A DNA stretch of 64,000 nucleotides, taken from the NCBI GenBank assembly GCA_963754315.1, contig CAVWFS010000013.1, forward strand, positions 96,001-160,000, in the 5' to 3' direction. Position numbers and translations under genes: made by a program. The stretch comes from an uncultured Candidatus Rokubacteria bacterium. Its GTDB lineage: Bacteria > Methylomirabilota > Methylomirabilia > Rokubacteriales > CSP1-6. Position 1 is the stretch's first letter. Every line of letters starts with the position of its first letter. Positions 52,497-62,624 of the stretch are shown piece after piece. The notes under the pieces were generated by a model. That model was not told the origin of the DNA. It worked only from the letters and a program-made list of their open reading frames with translations, and did not search any database.

Positions 52497-53672
52497 ATGG
52501 CCAACGAGATCCTGCACGATCTGCGCGTCCTCGACCTGACCACCACCATCGCCGGCCCGCACTGTACGCGGCTGCTCGCCGATCTCGGGGCCACCGTGGT
52601 CAAGATCGAGTCGCCCGAAGGCGACCTGATGCGCTCGCGCCCTCCGCTGCGCGAGGGGGTCAGCAGCTATTTCGGCCAGCTCAATGCCGGCAAGAAGAGC
52701 GTCGTGCTCGACCTGAAGAGCCCGGCGGCGGTCGACATCGTCAAGCGGCTGGTGCGGACGAGCGACGTGCTGGTGGAGAACTTCCGCCCAGGTGTCATGC
52801 AGCGGCTGGGCCTGGACTATGCCACCCTCGCCACCGTGGAGCCGGCGCTGATCTACTGCGCCATCTCGGGCTACGGCCAGAGCGGTCCGTCGGCCGGCCG
52901 CCCTGCCTACGCGCCGGTCGTGCACGCGGCGAGCGGGTACGACGTGGCACACCTGTCGTACCAGGAGGGCCGCACCAAGCCGGATAACAACGGCATCTTC
53001 ATCGCCGACGTTCTGAGCGGCACCTACGCCTTCGGCGCCATCCTCGCCGCGCTTCACCAGCGGGGACACACGGGACGTGGGCAGCTCGTCGACGTGTCGA
53101 TGCTGGAAAGCATGCTGACGATGACACTTGCCGAGATCCAGCGGGCCCAGTTCCCCCTTCCGCCGCCCGGCCGGCCCATGTTCGGGCCCATCGAGACCCG
53201 CGACGGTTACATCATGCTGGCGGTGGCCAGCGAGCGCACCTTTGCCGATCTCGCGCGCGCGGCCGGGCATCCGGACTGGCTCACCGACCCCCGGTTCGCC
53301 GCCTACGCTGACCGTCGACGGAACTGGCATCTGCTGGTCGAGGAGCTGGAACAGTGGTCTCGCTGCCTCACCACCGACGAATGCCACGCCGCCTTCGAGC
53401 GTTGCGGCGTGCCGTGCTCACCCTATCGCACGGTGCAAGAAGCCATGGCCGATCCCCAGCTGGCCCACCGGCAGGCCTTCGGCACGGTGCGCGACGCGGC
53501 GGGAACGTTCGAGGCGCTGAACCCGCCCTTCCGGTTCTCCGACGCCCGGGCCGCTGTTCAGCCGTATGCGGCCGCGCTCGGCGAGCACGGCGACGAGGTC
53601 CTGGCCGAGGCCGGCTACAGCCCCCTCGAGATCGAGGCCTTTCGAAAGAGCAACGTGCTCGGCGGAGCCTGA
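52497..53672 (+). CDS. CaiB/BaiF CoA transferase
   Basis: LRVLDLT..IAGP, NAGKKSVVLDLK, ENFRPG, ISGYGQSGP, LGEH. Confidence 0.93.
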   Translation: MANEILHDLRVLDLTTTIAGPHCTRLLADLGATVVKIESPEGDLMRSRPPLREGVSSYFGQLNAGKKSVVLDLKSPAAVDIVKRLVRTSDVLVENFRPGVMQRLGLDYATLATVEPALIYCAISGYGQSGPSAGRPAYAPVVHAASGYDVAHLSYQEGRTKPDNNGIFIADVLSGTYAFGAILAALHQRGHTGRGQLVDVSMLESMLTMTLAEIQRAQFPLPPPGRPMFGPIETRDGYIMLAVASERTFADLARAAGHPDWLTDPRFAAYADRRRNWHLLVEELEQWSRCLTTDECHAAFERCGVPCSPYRTVQEAMADPQLAHRQAFGTVRDAAGTFEALNPPFRFSDARAAVQPYAAALGEHGDEVLAEAGYSPLEIEAFRKSNVLGGA

Positions 53673-53707
53673 AGTCGCGGGATCATGTCGCGTCCCTGGA
53701 GGAATTG

Positions 53708-54673
53708 ATGATCGTCGACATCCATGCCCACTACTTTCCCAAGGCCTACAACGACGTCCTGCTGCGCATCGGCGGGCGGAGCCTGCCTGAAGCGGCGCGG
53801 CCGCGCACGTCACGTCCAATGCGGGACGACGACCCATCGGGAATCCCTGCCCGACTGCAGCAGATGGACGACGCCGGCGTGCAGATGCAGGTGCTCTCCC
53901 CGGCGGCCAGCCCACCCTACGCTGACCGAGAGGCCGACGCCGTCGAGGCAGCACGACTCATCAATGACAGTTATGCCCGGCTCGCCAGCGAGCACCGAGG
54001 GCGGCTGGCCGCCTTCGTCTCGCTGCCGCTGCCCCACATCGACGCCGCCCTGCGCGAGATGGAACGTGGTCTCGACCAGCTCGGCATGCTCGGGGTGTCG
54101 ATGACCTGCTCCTGCTTCGATCGGTCCACGGCCGAGGCGGAGTTCGAGCCACTGTATGCGGAGATGAATCGGCGCGGAACGGTGCTGAACTACCACCCCA
54201 TCCAGAACGGCATCTGCTCGCCGATGATCAACGACTACGGATTCACGGTCTCCGTGGGCGCCTCGCTGGAGGATAGCGCCATCGTCCTGCACCTGATCGC
54301 CCGCCGCGTTCCCGAGCGCTACCCGCGCATCACCTACGTGATCCCCCACCTGGGCGGCATCGTTCCGATGCTGCTCCAGCGGCTCGACAATCAAGCGCCC
54401 CGCCAGCATCCCGATCTTCCCGAGCCCCCGAGCGTGACCGCCCGCCGCTTCTACTACGACACCGTCGGCCACGGCTCACAGGCGGCGCTACTGTGCGCGT
54501 GGAAGGCCTTCGGCGCCGATCATTTGGTGGCGGGCAGCGACTATCCGGTCCTCATGGCGTTCGAGACGTACCGGCAGACGTTCCACTACATCAGAGAGTC
54601 GAGCCTGCCCGCGGCGGACGTCGACCGGATCCTTCACCACAACACGCAGATCCTCCTGGGTCTGCCGCACTAG
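53708..54673 (+). CDS. Amidohydrolase_2 family (ACMSD-like decarboxylase/hydratase)
   Basis: IVDIHAHY, YHP, IPHLGG, FYYDT, GSDYP. Confidence 0.9.
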   Translation: MIVDIHAHYFPKAYNDVLLRIGGRSLPEAARPRTSRPMRDDDPSGIPARLQQMDDAGVQMQVLSPAASPPYADREADAVEAARLINDSYARLASEHRGRLAAFVSLPLPHIDAALREMERGLDQLGMLGVSMTCSCFDRSTAEAEFEPLYAEMNRRGTVLNYHPIQNGICSPMINDYGFTVSVGASLEDSAIVLHLIARRVPERYPRITYVIPHLGGIVPMLLQRLDNQAPRQHPDLPEPPSVTARRFYYDTVGHGSQAALLCAWKAFGADHLVAGSDYPVLMAFETYRQTFHYIRESSLPAADVDRILHHNTQILLGLPH

Positions 54674-54751
54674 ACGACCGGCGCGCTTGCCTTCACGACG
54701 TCGCCCGCCGTAGCATCGCGAGCAGCCGCACGCTCGCTCAGGAGAGACGCG

Positions 54752-55537
54752 ATGGAGCTGGGACTGAAGGGGAAAAACGCGCTGGTCACGGGCGCCAGCG
54801 AAGGCATCGGCATGGCGATCGCGCGCAAGCTGGCCGAAGAGGGCGCGCGGCTCGCGATCTGCGCGCGGACCGAGACCAAGCTGCAGCAGGCCGCGGCCGA
54901 GATCGCAGAAGCGACCGGGATCGAGATCGTGCCGATCACGGCCGACCTGCGCACCCTCGCGGGATGCCAGGGCTTCGTCGATCAGGCCGCCCAGCGCCTG
55001 GGGGGCATCGACATCCTGGTCAACAATGCCGGCGCCTCCGCCTTCGGGGCATTCGTCGATCTGCCGGACGAGGCTTTTGTCGATGCCATCAATGGCAAGC
55101 TCCTGGGCTACATTCGGTGCGCGAAGGCAGTCGTCCCCCACATGCAACGGCGGGGCGGAGGTACCATCGTCAACATCACCGGCACCACCCAGCAAGCCAT
55201 CCCGCTGCATACACCGGGCAGCGCCTGCAACGCCGCCATTCGCATGTTCACCAAGGAGCTCTCGATGGAGCTCGGCCCGCTGAACATCCGGGTCAACAGC
55301 ATCGCCCCTGGACGTATCCAGACCGCGCGCGCCGACCGGCTTCTGCAGGCAACCGCTGCCGCGCACGGCACGCCGGTCGACACCCTCCTGAATCAGCTGG
55401 TCAAGACGATCCCGTCCGGTCGGGTGGGCACCGTGGACGATATTGCCGATGCCGTGTGTTTCCTGGTCTCCGAACGCGCCACCTACGTCAACGGGGCCGC
55501 GCTGGTCGTCGACGGCAGCAAGTCGGTCGTGATCTGA
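54752..55537 (+). CDS. SDR family oxidoreductase, atypical (no YxxxK; GSACNAA)
   Basis: ALVTGASEGIG, ILVNNAG, VNSIAPG. Confidence 0.9.
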   Translation: MELGLKGKNALVTGASEGIGMAIARKLAEEGARLAICARTETKLQQAAAEIAEATGIEIVPITADLRTLAGCQGFVDQAAQRLGGIDILVNNAGASAFGAFVDLPDEAFVDAINGKLLGYIRCAKAVVPHMQRRGGGTIVNITGTTQQAIPLHTPGSACNAAIRMFTKELSMELGPLNIRVNSIAPGRIQTARADRLLQATAAAHGTPVDTLLNQLVKTIPSGRVGTVDDIADAVCFLVSERATYVNGAALVVDGSKSVVI

Positions 55538-55577
55538 CGGCCCGCGAGGATCGACGACAACTGGACGTTCCATAGCC

Positions 55578-56432
55578 ATGGATCGTGCGTTCCCGATCGT
55601 CAGACACCCGGGTCCGGGACAGGGGATACCGATCCTGGTGAGCGTGCCGCACTACGGTACCGAGCCCTTGCCCCACATCACCCGCGACGACTACTCCGAA
55701 CCCTGGTTCGAGACCTTCGCCTACGGGTATGCCGACACCTTCGTGGGCGAGCTCTACAGCGACCTGCACGAGCACGGGGCCACCGTCCTCGCCACGCCGT
55801 TCTCGCGTATGTTCGTCGACGTCAATCGCCGGCGTGATGACTTCGAGCACCACGATGGCGCGGTCCGCTCCCGCCGGGGCGTGGTGCGCACCCACACCAT
55901 GCGCGATGCCCCGATCTTTGCGCAGCCACTCGGACTGGCCGATCTCGAAGCGCGACTGCAAGCGCTCTACGATCCCTACTACGCGACCCTGGAGCGCCTG
56001 CTCACCCAGCTCCGTCACGCGCACGGATACGCCATGCTGCTCGATGGGCATACGGGGAGCCCGCGGCGCATGAAGGACCATCAGGTGATCATCGGCACCC
56101 GCCACGATACGACGTGCGCTCAACCCCTGACGGCAGCCGTGTCGGCGATCTTCGCCCGCCACGGTTTCGATGTACACCAGAATGTCAGTGGCTATGCGGG
56201 CGGCAACATCGTGGCCACCTTTGGCCAGCCCCATACCCACCGCGTGCACGCCATTCAGCTGGAGATCAATGCGTCACTGCTGATGACGACCTCGCGCGAG
56301 GAGTTCATCGCCCAGGTGTCGCGCGGCGGGATCCCCGACAAGGCCGACGTGAACATCGCTCGCGTGCGCCAGTGCCTGCGGGAGGTGACGGCGACCCTGC
56401 CGTCCGTCCTCGCCGCCCTGCACGAGGCCTAG
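55578..56432 (+). CDS. N-formylglutamate amidohydrolase family protein
   Basis: SVPHYG, SRMFVDVNR, YDPYY, LLDGH, YAGG, HAIQLEIN. Confidence 0.9.
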   Translation: MDRAFPIVRHPGPGQGIPILVSVPHYGTEPLPHITRDDYSEPWFETFAYGYADTFVGELYSDLHEHGATVLATPFSRMFVDVNRRRDDFEHHDGAVRSRRGVVRTHTMRDAPIFAQPLGLADLEARLQALYDPYYATLERLLTQLRHAHGYAMLLDGHTGSPRRMKDHQVIIGTRHDTTCAQPLTAAVSAIFARHGFDVHQNVSGYAGGNIVATFGQPHTHRVHAIQLEINASLLMTTSREEFIAQVSRGGIPDKADVNIARVRQCLREVTATLPSVLAALHEA

Positions 56433-56620
56433 TCCCGCTCCTCCCGTTCATCGGGCCTGGCGCTGCGGCGCCTGGCCGGAGCAACGGCCGTGAAAGAACT
56501 GCAGAGCAGGGCCTGAAAAGCCTACACGGCCGAAGCGGCTCGCGCGAGCCATCTAGAGCGTTTCGCTCTCGATAACGGCGAAGCTGGGGCGGGTGCCGGC
56601 CGAACTCGAGCCCGTCTCGG

Positions 56621-56635
56621 TGGCACTCCTGTTGC
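56621..56635 (+). promoter_or_regulatory. Sigma-54 (-24/-12) promoter
   Basis: TGGCACTCCTGTTGC, near-consensus TGGCAC-N5-TTGC, in a 350-bp intergenic region. Confidence 0.75.
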
Positions 56636-56783
56636 GTCGACCACCCTGCAGTCCCCAGGGTTGCGTCGACCGCCTCGATGACCAGTGTGCCTCCCCGTGT
56701 CATCGGGGCTGCCGAAAGGAGGTGACAAGGCAGGTTCGCCGACGAGTAGTACACACTCCCATTTCAGAGCAGGAGATCATGGA

Positions 56784-58361
56784 ATGGTAAAGCGGACTCT
56801 CTCGTTAGTGACTCGCTACGCTCACAGTGTTCTCGACACTATTCCCAGCGACACCAGGCCTCGCGCACTGTCCGGATCCACCAGCAGACCCGCCCTACCT
56901 GCAAACCTTCTTCGCCCCGATCGAGGCGAGCGGCACCAGGATCAGGCTGGAGATCGCCGCCTCGGGGCTGACGGCGCCCCTCAAGGGAACGGTCGCGCCC
57001 GGTCTACCGAATCATCTCTTCGTCGTCGATCAGACTGGAATCCTCTGGGCCGTCAACCTGACCACGGGCGCCAAGACGCCCTTCCTCAACGTGGGGCCGA
57101 CGGGCCTCAATCTGCTGGTGACGCTCGGCGTCCTCGGGCCCAACACCTTCGATGAGCGCGGGCTCCTGGGCGTTGGCTTTCCACCCCAACTATCGCGACG
57201 AACGGCAAGTTCTACACCTACACGTCGGAGCCGCCCAATCTCGGCGACCGCCGACGTTCACCGACAACCTTGCCCGGCGGCTCGGCGACGCGCCGACCAC
57301 CAGAACGTGGTCTCCGAGTGGATTGCCGCCACTCCGCTGAATCCGGCCGCGCCCGGCATCGGCGCTCGCCGCGGTGCTGATGCGGGTCGACTGGCCGCAG
57401 TTCAACCACGACGGCGGGGACCTGGCCTTCGGCCCCGACGGCTTCCTCTACATCTCGATGGGCGACGGTGGTGGGAGCCGACGACGCGGATGGTCAGGAA
57501 TTCATCGTGGCGGACGGGGCGCAGCCCGCCAACACCGCGCCGATAGTCGGCCATCAGGGCGACGGCAACGCCCAGAAGCTCAACACGCCCCTCGGCAAGA
57601 TCCTCCGGATCGACGTGAATGGCAACAACTCGGCGAATGGGCAGTACGGGATTCCCGCCGACAATCCCTTCGTCGGCGGCGACGGGCTCGACGAGATCTT
57701 TGCCTTTGGCTTTCGCAACCCCTTCCGCTTCTCGTTCGACACGGCCACCGGGGATCTGTACGTGGGCGACGTCGGACAGAACGACATCGAAGAAGTCGAC
57801 CTCGTGGTCAAGGGCGGCAACTACGGATGGAACCCAAAGAAGGCACCCTCTTCTTCCACGTCAACGGTAACGCTGAAGGCTTTGCCAGCAAGGACTGACA
57901 ACGGCCGCACGACGCCTGAGCATGATCGACCCGATCGCCCAGTACGATACCCACGGCGAGGGACACTCGGTCATCGGCGGGTTTGTGTACCACGGCGAAC
58001 CGGATTCCGCAGCTCAAGGGACGGTACGTCTTCGGAGAATTCTCGCGGGTGTTCAACTTCCCGTCGCGGTCCCCACAACTACGGGCGGCTCCTGTACCTG
58101 GCGCAAAAACACACGGACAAGGGCAAACTGCTCAATATCAAGGAGTTCAACGGTTTCTCCGACGCCATCGCGGCGATCGGCCTGAGCGTCGGCCCGGCCG
58201 CCTGCGAGGGCGAGGTCCCGCCCACCCTGGCCGTGCTCGGGATGGGGCAGGATACTCAGGGCGAGATCTACACGATGGGCAACATCAGTGGTGTCCCCTT
58301 CGGTACCGGCGGTGTGGTCCTGAGGCTCGCCCCGCCCAGCAAGAACGAAGTGAAGAGCTGA
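56784..58361 (+). CDS. Secreted PQQ-dependent glucose/sorbosone dehydrogenase family beta-propeller (several frameshifts)
   Basis: ERGLLG.AFHP, NHDGGDLAFGPDGFLYISMGDGG, GKILRIDV, IPADNPF, GFRNPFRFSFD, GDVGQ, GGNYGW. Confidence 0.88.
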
Positions 58362-58375
58362 CTGACTCGCCGTTC

Positions 58376-59013
58376 TCAAGCGCCCTGGCGGGCCGGACGC
58401 GGCGCCGACCCGCCAGGGCCACTCCGCCGCCCGGCGCGCCTCGTAGGCGGCGATGGCGGGCTCGTAGCTGAGAGTCAGCGCGATCTCGTCCTGGCCGCGC
58501 AGCAGGCACTCCTTGCGAAAACCGTCGACCTCGAAGGCATGGCGCGTCGCCGTCGGGGCCCGTGATCGTCTGCGCGGGCAGATCGACGACCAAGGTGGCG
58601 CCGGGGCGTTCCCGAAGCTGCCGCCTCAGCTCCGCGCACACGTCGGCGGCGAGGACGACGGCGAGCACGCCGTTCTTGGCGCAGTTCTCGCTGAAGATGT
58701 CGCCGAAGCTCGGGGCGACGCAGGCGCGGAAGCCGTTGGCGGCCAGCGCCCACACGGCGGCCTCGCGTGAGGATCCGCAGGCGAAGTTCTCGGCGGCCAC
58801 CACGATCCGGGCGCCGCGATAGGGCGCCTGGTTCAGAACGAAGTCGGGACGCTCCCGGCCCTCGTCGTCGAAGCGGACGTCGTGAAACAGGTAGCGCTCG
58901 TACCCGGGCCCGGGCGCGTGGCGGAGAAACCGCGCAGGGATGATCCGGTCGGTGTCCACGTTCGGCAGGTCGATGGGAACGGCCACCGCCTCCAGGCGTC
59001 CGAAGGGCTCCAT
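58376..59013 (-). CDS. leuD: 3-isopropylmalate dehydratase-like small subunit (frameshifted; 3' end approximate)
   Basis: NVDTDRIIPARFL, NFACGSSREAA, SFGDIF, VDLPAQTI, DEIALTL. Confidence 0.88.
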
Positions 59014-60416
59014 CAGGGGGCCGCCAAGGCGCGCACGTCGGCGATGGCGCCGGTGACGGCGGCCGCCGCGGCCATGGCCGGGCTCATCAGGTGCGTGCGC
59101 ACACCTTTCCCCTGGCGCCCCTCGAAGTTGCGGTTCGAGGTCGAGGCGATCCGCTCGCCGGGCCGGCCGAGGTCGCCGTTCATTCCGACGCACATCGAGC
59201 AGCCTGGCTCACGCCACTCGAAGCCGGCCTCCAGGAAGATGCGGTCGAGACCCTCGCGCTCCGCAGCCTCTTTCACGAGACCCGAGCCCGGCACCACCAG
59301 CGCCGGCACTCGCGCGCGACGGCCGCGCGCCACCGCGGCGGCAGCGCGGAGGTCGTCGAGCCGACTGTTGGTGCACGAACCGATGAAGACACGGTCGACC
59401 GGGATGCCGGACAGTGGAGTCCCTCCCGCGAGTCCCATGTAGGCGAGCATCCGTTCCATCGAAGCACGGCGGCCGGGATCGGGCGCGTCCGCGGGGTCGG
59501 GCACGCGCTCGGTGACAGGCAACGCTGTCTCCGGACTCGTGCCCCAGGTGACCATTGGCGCAATGGCCGCACCGTCGAGGGCGACCTCGCGATCGAAGAC
59601 GGCGCCCGCATCGCTGGGGAGGGTCTTCCAGTAGGCGAGGGCCTGCTGCCAGCGATCGTCCTTCGGGGCCCACGGGCGGCCCTGAACGTACGCATAGGTC
59701 GTCTCGTCAGGCGCCACCATGCCTGCTCGCGCGCCGGCCTCGATCGACATGTTGCAGACGGTCATGCGCTCGTCCATCGACATCGACCGGATCGTCGAGC
59801 CCGCGTACTCGATGGCATGGCCGGTCCCGCCGCCGGCGCCGACGGCGGCAATGACGGCGAGGATGACGTCCTTCGCGTGGACACCGAACGCGCGCGGGCC
59901 GTCGACGGTGACACGCATGACCTTGGGGTGACGCTGCCAGAGGCACTGGGTGGCCAGCACGTGCTCGACCTCGGAGGAGCCGATGCCGGCCGCCAAGCAC
60001 CCGAAGGCGCCGTGGGTCGCGGTGTGGGAATCGCCGCACACGAGGACGAGCCCGGGCTCGGTGAAGCCTTGCTCGGGCCCGATGACGTGGACGATACCCT
60101 GGCGGGAATCGGTGGGACCGAGGTAGCCGATGCCCTGTTGCGTCGTGTGGTGCTGGAGTCTGTCCACCATGGCCTGCACGGCGGGGTCCGCGATGCCGGC
60201 CGCGCGGCCGACGGTCGGAACATAGTGGTCGGCCGTCGCCAGGGCCTGGGCAGGCCGCCGCACCGTCAGCCCACGCCGGGCGAGCCGCTCGAAGGCGGCG
60301 CCGCTGCCGTCGTGCAGCAGGAGCCGGTCGACGTACAGAAGCGCGCGACCGCCGGGCCCGGTGGTCACGACGTGGCTCTCCCAGATCTTCTCGAACATCG
60401 AGCGGGGCGAGCTCAT
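59013..60416 (-). CDS. leuC: 3-isopropylmalate dehydratase-like large subunit
   Basis: [56 protein letters not shown]. Confidence 0.92.
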   Translation of the reverse strand: MSSPRSMFEKIWESHVVTTGPGGRALLYVDRLLLHDGSGAAFERLARRGLTVRRPAQALATADHYVPTVGRAAGIADPAVQAMVDRLQHHTTQQGIGYLGPTDSRQGIVHVIGPEQGFTEPGLVLVCGDSHTATHGAFGCLAAGIGSSEVEHVLATQCLWQRHPKVMRVTVDGPRAFGVHAKDVILAVIAAVGAGGGTGHAIEYAGSTIRSMSMDERMTVCNMSIEAGARAGMVAPDETTYAYVQGRPWAPKDDRWQQALAYWKTLPSDAGAVFDREVALDGAAIAPMVTWGTSPETALPVTERVPDPADAPDPGRRASMERMLAYMGLAGGTPLSGIPVDRVFIGSCTNSRLDDLRAAAAVARGRRARVPALVVPGSGLVKEAAEREGLDRIFLEAGFEWREPGCSMCVGMNGDLGRPGERIASTSNRNFEGRQGKGVRTHLMSPAMAAAAAVTGAIADVRALAAP

Positions 60417-61363
60417 GGCCGGCCGCTCAGTCGCGCGACGGGCGATAACCGACGGAGTCTGCTGTACTTCGCGATCTCCTCGGCGGGAAGGAATTCCTCT
60501 TCCCAGCGGCGGATCTGATCGAAACCGGCGAAGGCGTGGACGTTGGCGAGTGGGTGCCGGGTGAGCGCCTCGGCGAATTCCTCCTCTACCACAGGGCCCC
60601 GTTCGCGCAGCGCCATCGCGAAGTCGTAGAGTGCGCGGATGGTCACCCGGAGGAGGGCGCCGGGCAGGATGGTCACCGCAAGACCGAGGTCCTGCATCTC
60701 GGCCAAGGTGAACCGGGGCGAGACTCCGGTCTGGTTGTAGAAGACGGCGCCTTTCACCTCGGCACACACGCGCCGGACCTCGTCCACATTCGTCGGTCCT
60801 TCGACGAAGGCCAGATCGGCGCCGGCCTCCAGGTAGGCGTTGGCCCGCCGGATGGCCTCGTCGAGCGAGCCGCCGTGGGCGCCGCGGGCGTCGGTGCGGG
60901 CGATGATGACGAAGTCGGGGTCCAGATCCTGGCGTACCTGGTGCGCCGCGCGGTACTTGCCGACCGCCTCGTCCAGCGCGATGACCTGACGGCCCGCCAC
61001 GTGGCCGCAGCGCTTGGGAACAACCTGATCCTCGATGTGAACGGCCGCCACACCCGTCTGGATGTACTCGCGCACGGTGCGAATCACGTTGATGGCATTG
61101 CCATACCCGTTGTCGGCGTCGGCGATGACGGGCACCCCCACCGCGTTGGCGATGTAGCGGGCATTCAGGTGCATCTCGGTCATGGTCGCGAGCCCGGCGT
61201 CGGGCAGCCCGAGCAGCGCCAGCGAGGTTCCGTAGCCGGTCATGTACACGGCGGGAAAGCCGGCCCGCTCGAGGATGCGGGCGCTGAGCGAATCGTAGCA
61301 GCCGGGAACGAGCAAGGTCTGTCCCTGAGCGAGCAGCTGGCGCAGGCGGGTGGTCTGTTTCAT
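60413..61363 (-). CDS. Isocitrate lyase/PEP mutase family lyase (PrpB/2,3-dimethylmalate lyase-like)
   Basis: [39 protein letters not shown]. Confidence 0.92.
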   Translation of the reverse strand: MKQTTRLRQLLAQGQTLLVPGCYDSLSARILERAGFPAVYMTGYGTSLALLGLPDAGLATMTEMHLNARYIANAVGVPVIADADNGYGNAINVIRTVREYIQTGVAAVHIEDQVVPKRCGHVAGRQVIALDEAVGKYRAAHQVRQDLDPDFVIIARTDARGAHGGSLDEAIRRANAYLEAGADLAFVEGPTNVDEVRRVCAEVKGAVFYNQTGVSPRFTLAEMQDLGLAVTILPGALLRVTIRALYDFAMALRERGPVVEEEFAEALTRHPLANVHAFAGFDQIRRWEEEFLPAEEIAKYSRLRRLSPVARLSGRP

Positions 61364-61902
61364 GAAAGTACGTCGGCCCCCGGCGCCGCTTCCAGCTCAC
61401 AGGCGTTGACGGTCATGGCCAGCATGCTGTAGTAGCCGATCGCTCCCGTGAGCTCGATCAAGCCTTCGTCGCCGAAGCGGGCCTGGATCGCCTTGAACGT
61501 GGCATCGTCGACCCGATGCTTGCGCATGAGCTGCAGCGTGAAGTCGACGATCTGGGCGTCTTCCGGCGGCACCCCGCGCGTGTGCTTCTCGCGGATCGCC
61601 GTGATCGTCGACTCCGGCACGCCGAGCTTGCGGGCGCCGCCGGTCTGGGCTCCCCACACGTACACGGCATCGAGCTCGCGCGCGACGGCCATGGCCGCCA
61701 GCACACGCACCCGCATGTCGAGCGCACCTTCAAACCGCACGAAGGCTCCGAGGTGGGCGACGCGACCGGCGAGGGCCGGGCTGTGCAAGAACATCGTGAA
61801 CGGTCCCTGGAGCGCACCCCGACTGGCGACGATCGCGTCCACGACCGCCCGATCCTTCACCGGCACCTGATCCTTGCTGGTGATCGGCGTCAATCTGGCC
61901 AT
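61360..61902 (-). CDS. Carboxymuconolactone decarboxylase/AhpD-like protein
   Basis: [25 protein letters not shown]. Confidence 0.82.
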   Translation of the reverse strand: MARLTPITSKDQVPVKDRAVVDAIVASRGALQGPFTMFLHSPALAGRVAHLGAFVRFEGALDMRVRVLAAMAVARELDAVYVWGAQTGGARKLGVPESTITAIREKHTRGVPPEDAQIVDFTLQLMRKHRVDDATFKAIQARFGDEGLIELTGAIGYYSMLAMTVNACELEAAPGADVLS

Positions 61903-61922
61903 TGGTCCAGTCCTCTCAACCG

Positions 61923-62540
61923 TCAGGCGCGCGGCGTTTCCGCACGCATGTCCATGGGCGTCTTGCCGGGTGGCAGCGGCGGTCGCCGCACCAGCTCGGC
62001 CATGGATAGCCCCGACTCGTAGTCGCGAATCAACTGCTCGGGATCGTAGATGACGCCAATCGGGTTGTCGGCGAAGTCCGGGCCCGTCAAGTAGGCCTGG
62101 CCCTCTTCCGCAGTCGCGAAATTGTCGATCTGCAGCTCGACGCGCAGGCCGTCGGGGTCGCAGTAGTACATCGAGGTCGTCGGCCCGTGGTTGATGCAGC
62201 GGGCCGGCTCGATTCCCCGCGCCTTGAGCCGCCGGTAGGTCGACAACAGATCACCCAGAGTGGCGTAGGTGAAGGCGATGTGGTGCACACCGGAGGCGTC
62301 GGGATCGCTGGCTCGGCCACCGGGGAGCTTGATGATCGCCACCCGGTGGTGCTCGTCATCGTAGGTGAGGAACGCGATGAAGTCGTTGCGGAAGACCACC
62401 TGGGCCTGGAGGACGGTGGCGTACCACTCGATCATTCCGTCGTAGTTGGCCGTCTTCAGCACGACATGGGCGAACTTCGCCGGGGTGATCCGGTGGGCTT
62501 GTGAAGCCAGGGTCCGGGTCGCAGCGGTCACTGTGCTCAT
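61923..62540 (-). CDS. VOC/glyoxalase family protein
   Basis: FAHVVL, YDDEHHRVA, VHHIAF, INHGPTTSMYYCDPDG..ELQ. Confidence 0.9.
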   Translation of the reverse strand: MSTVTAATRTLASQAHRITPAKFAHVVLKTANYDGMIEWYATVLQAQVVFRNDFIAFLTYDDEHHRVAIIKLPGGRASDPDASGVHHIAFTYATLGDLLSTYRRLKARGIEPARCINHGPTTSMYYCDPDGLRVELQIDNFATAEEGQAYLTGPDFADNPIGVIYDPEQLIRDYESGLSMAELVRRPPLPPGKTPMDMRAETPRA

Positions 62541-62624
62541 GGCGGTCCTCCGTACCTCGAATGTGCCCGGATGATACCGCGGATCGACAGCCGCGTGACG
62601 ACCCTCTCGGTTAGACTGATACTC

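Noticed and set aside
59013..61400. 795-aa lyase-LeuC fusion ORF
   Set aside because: The upstream half is an off-frame shadow of the lyase gene; LeuC has its own ATG at 60416.
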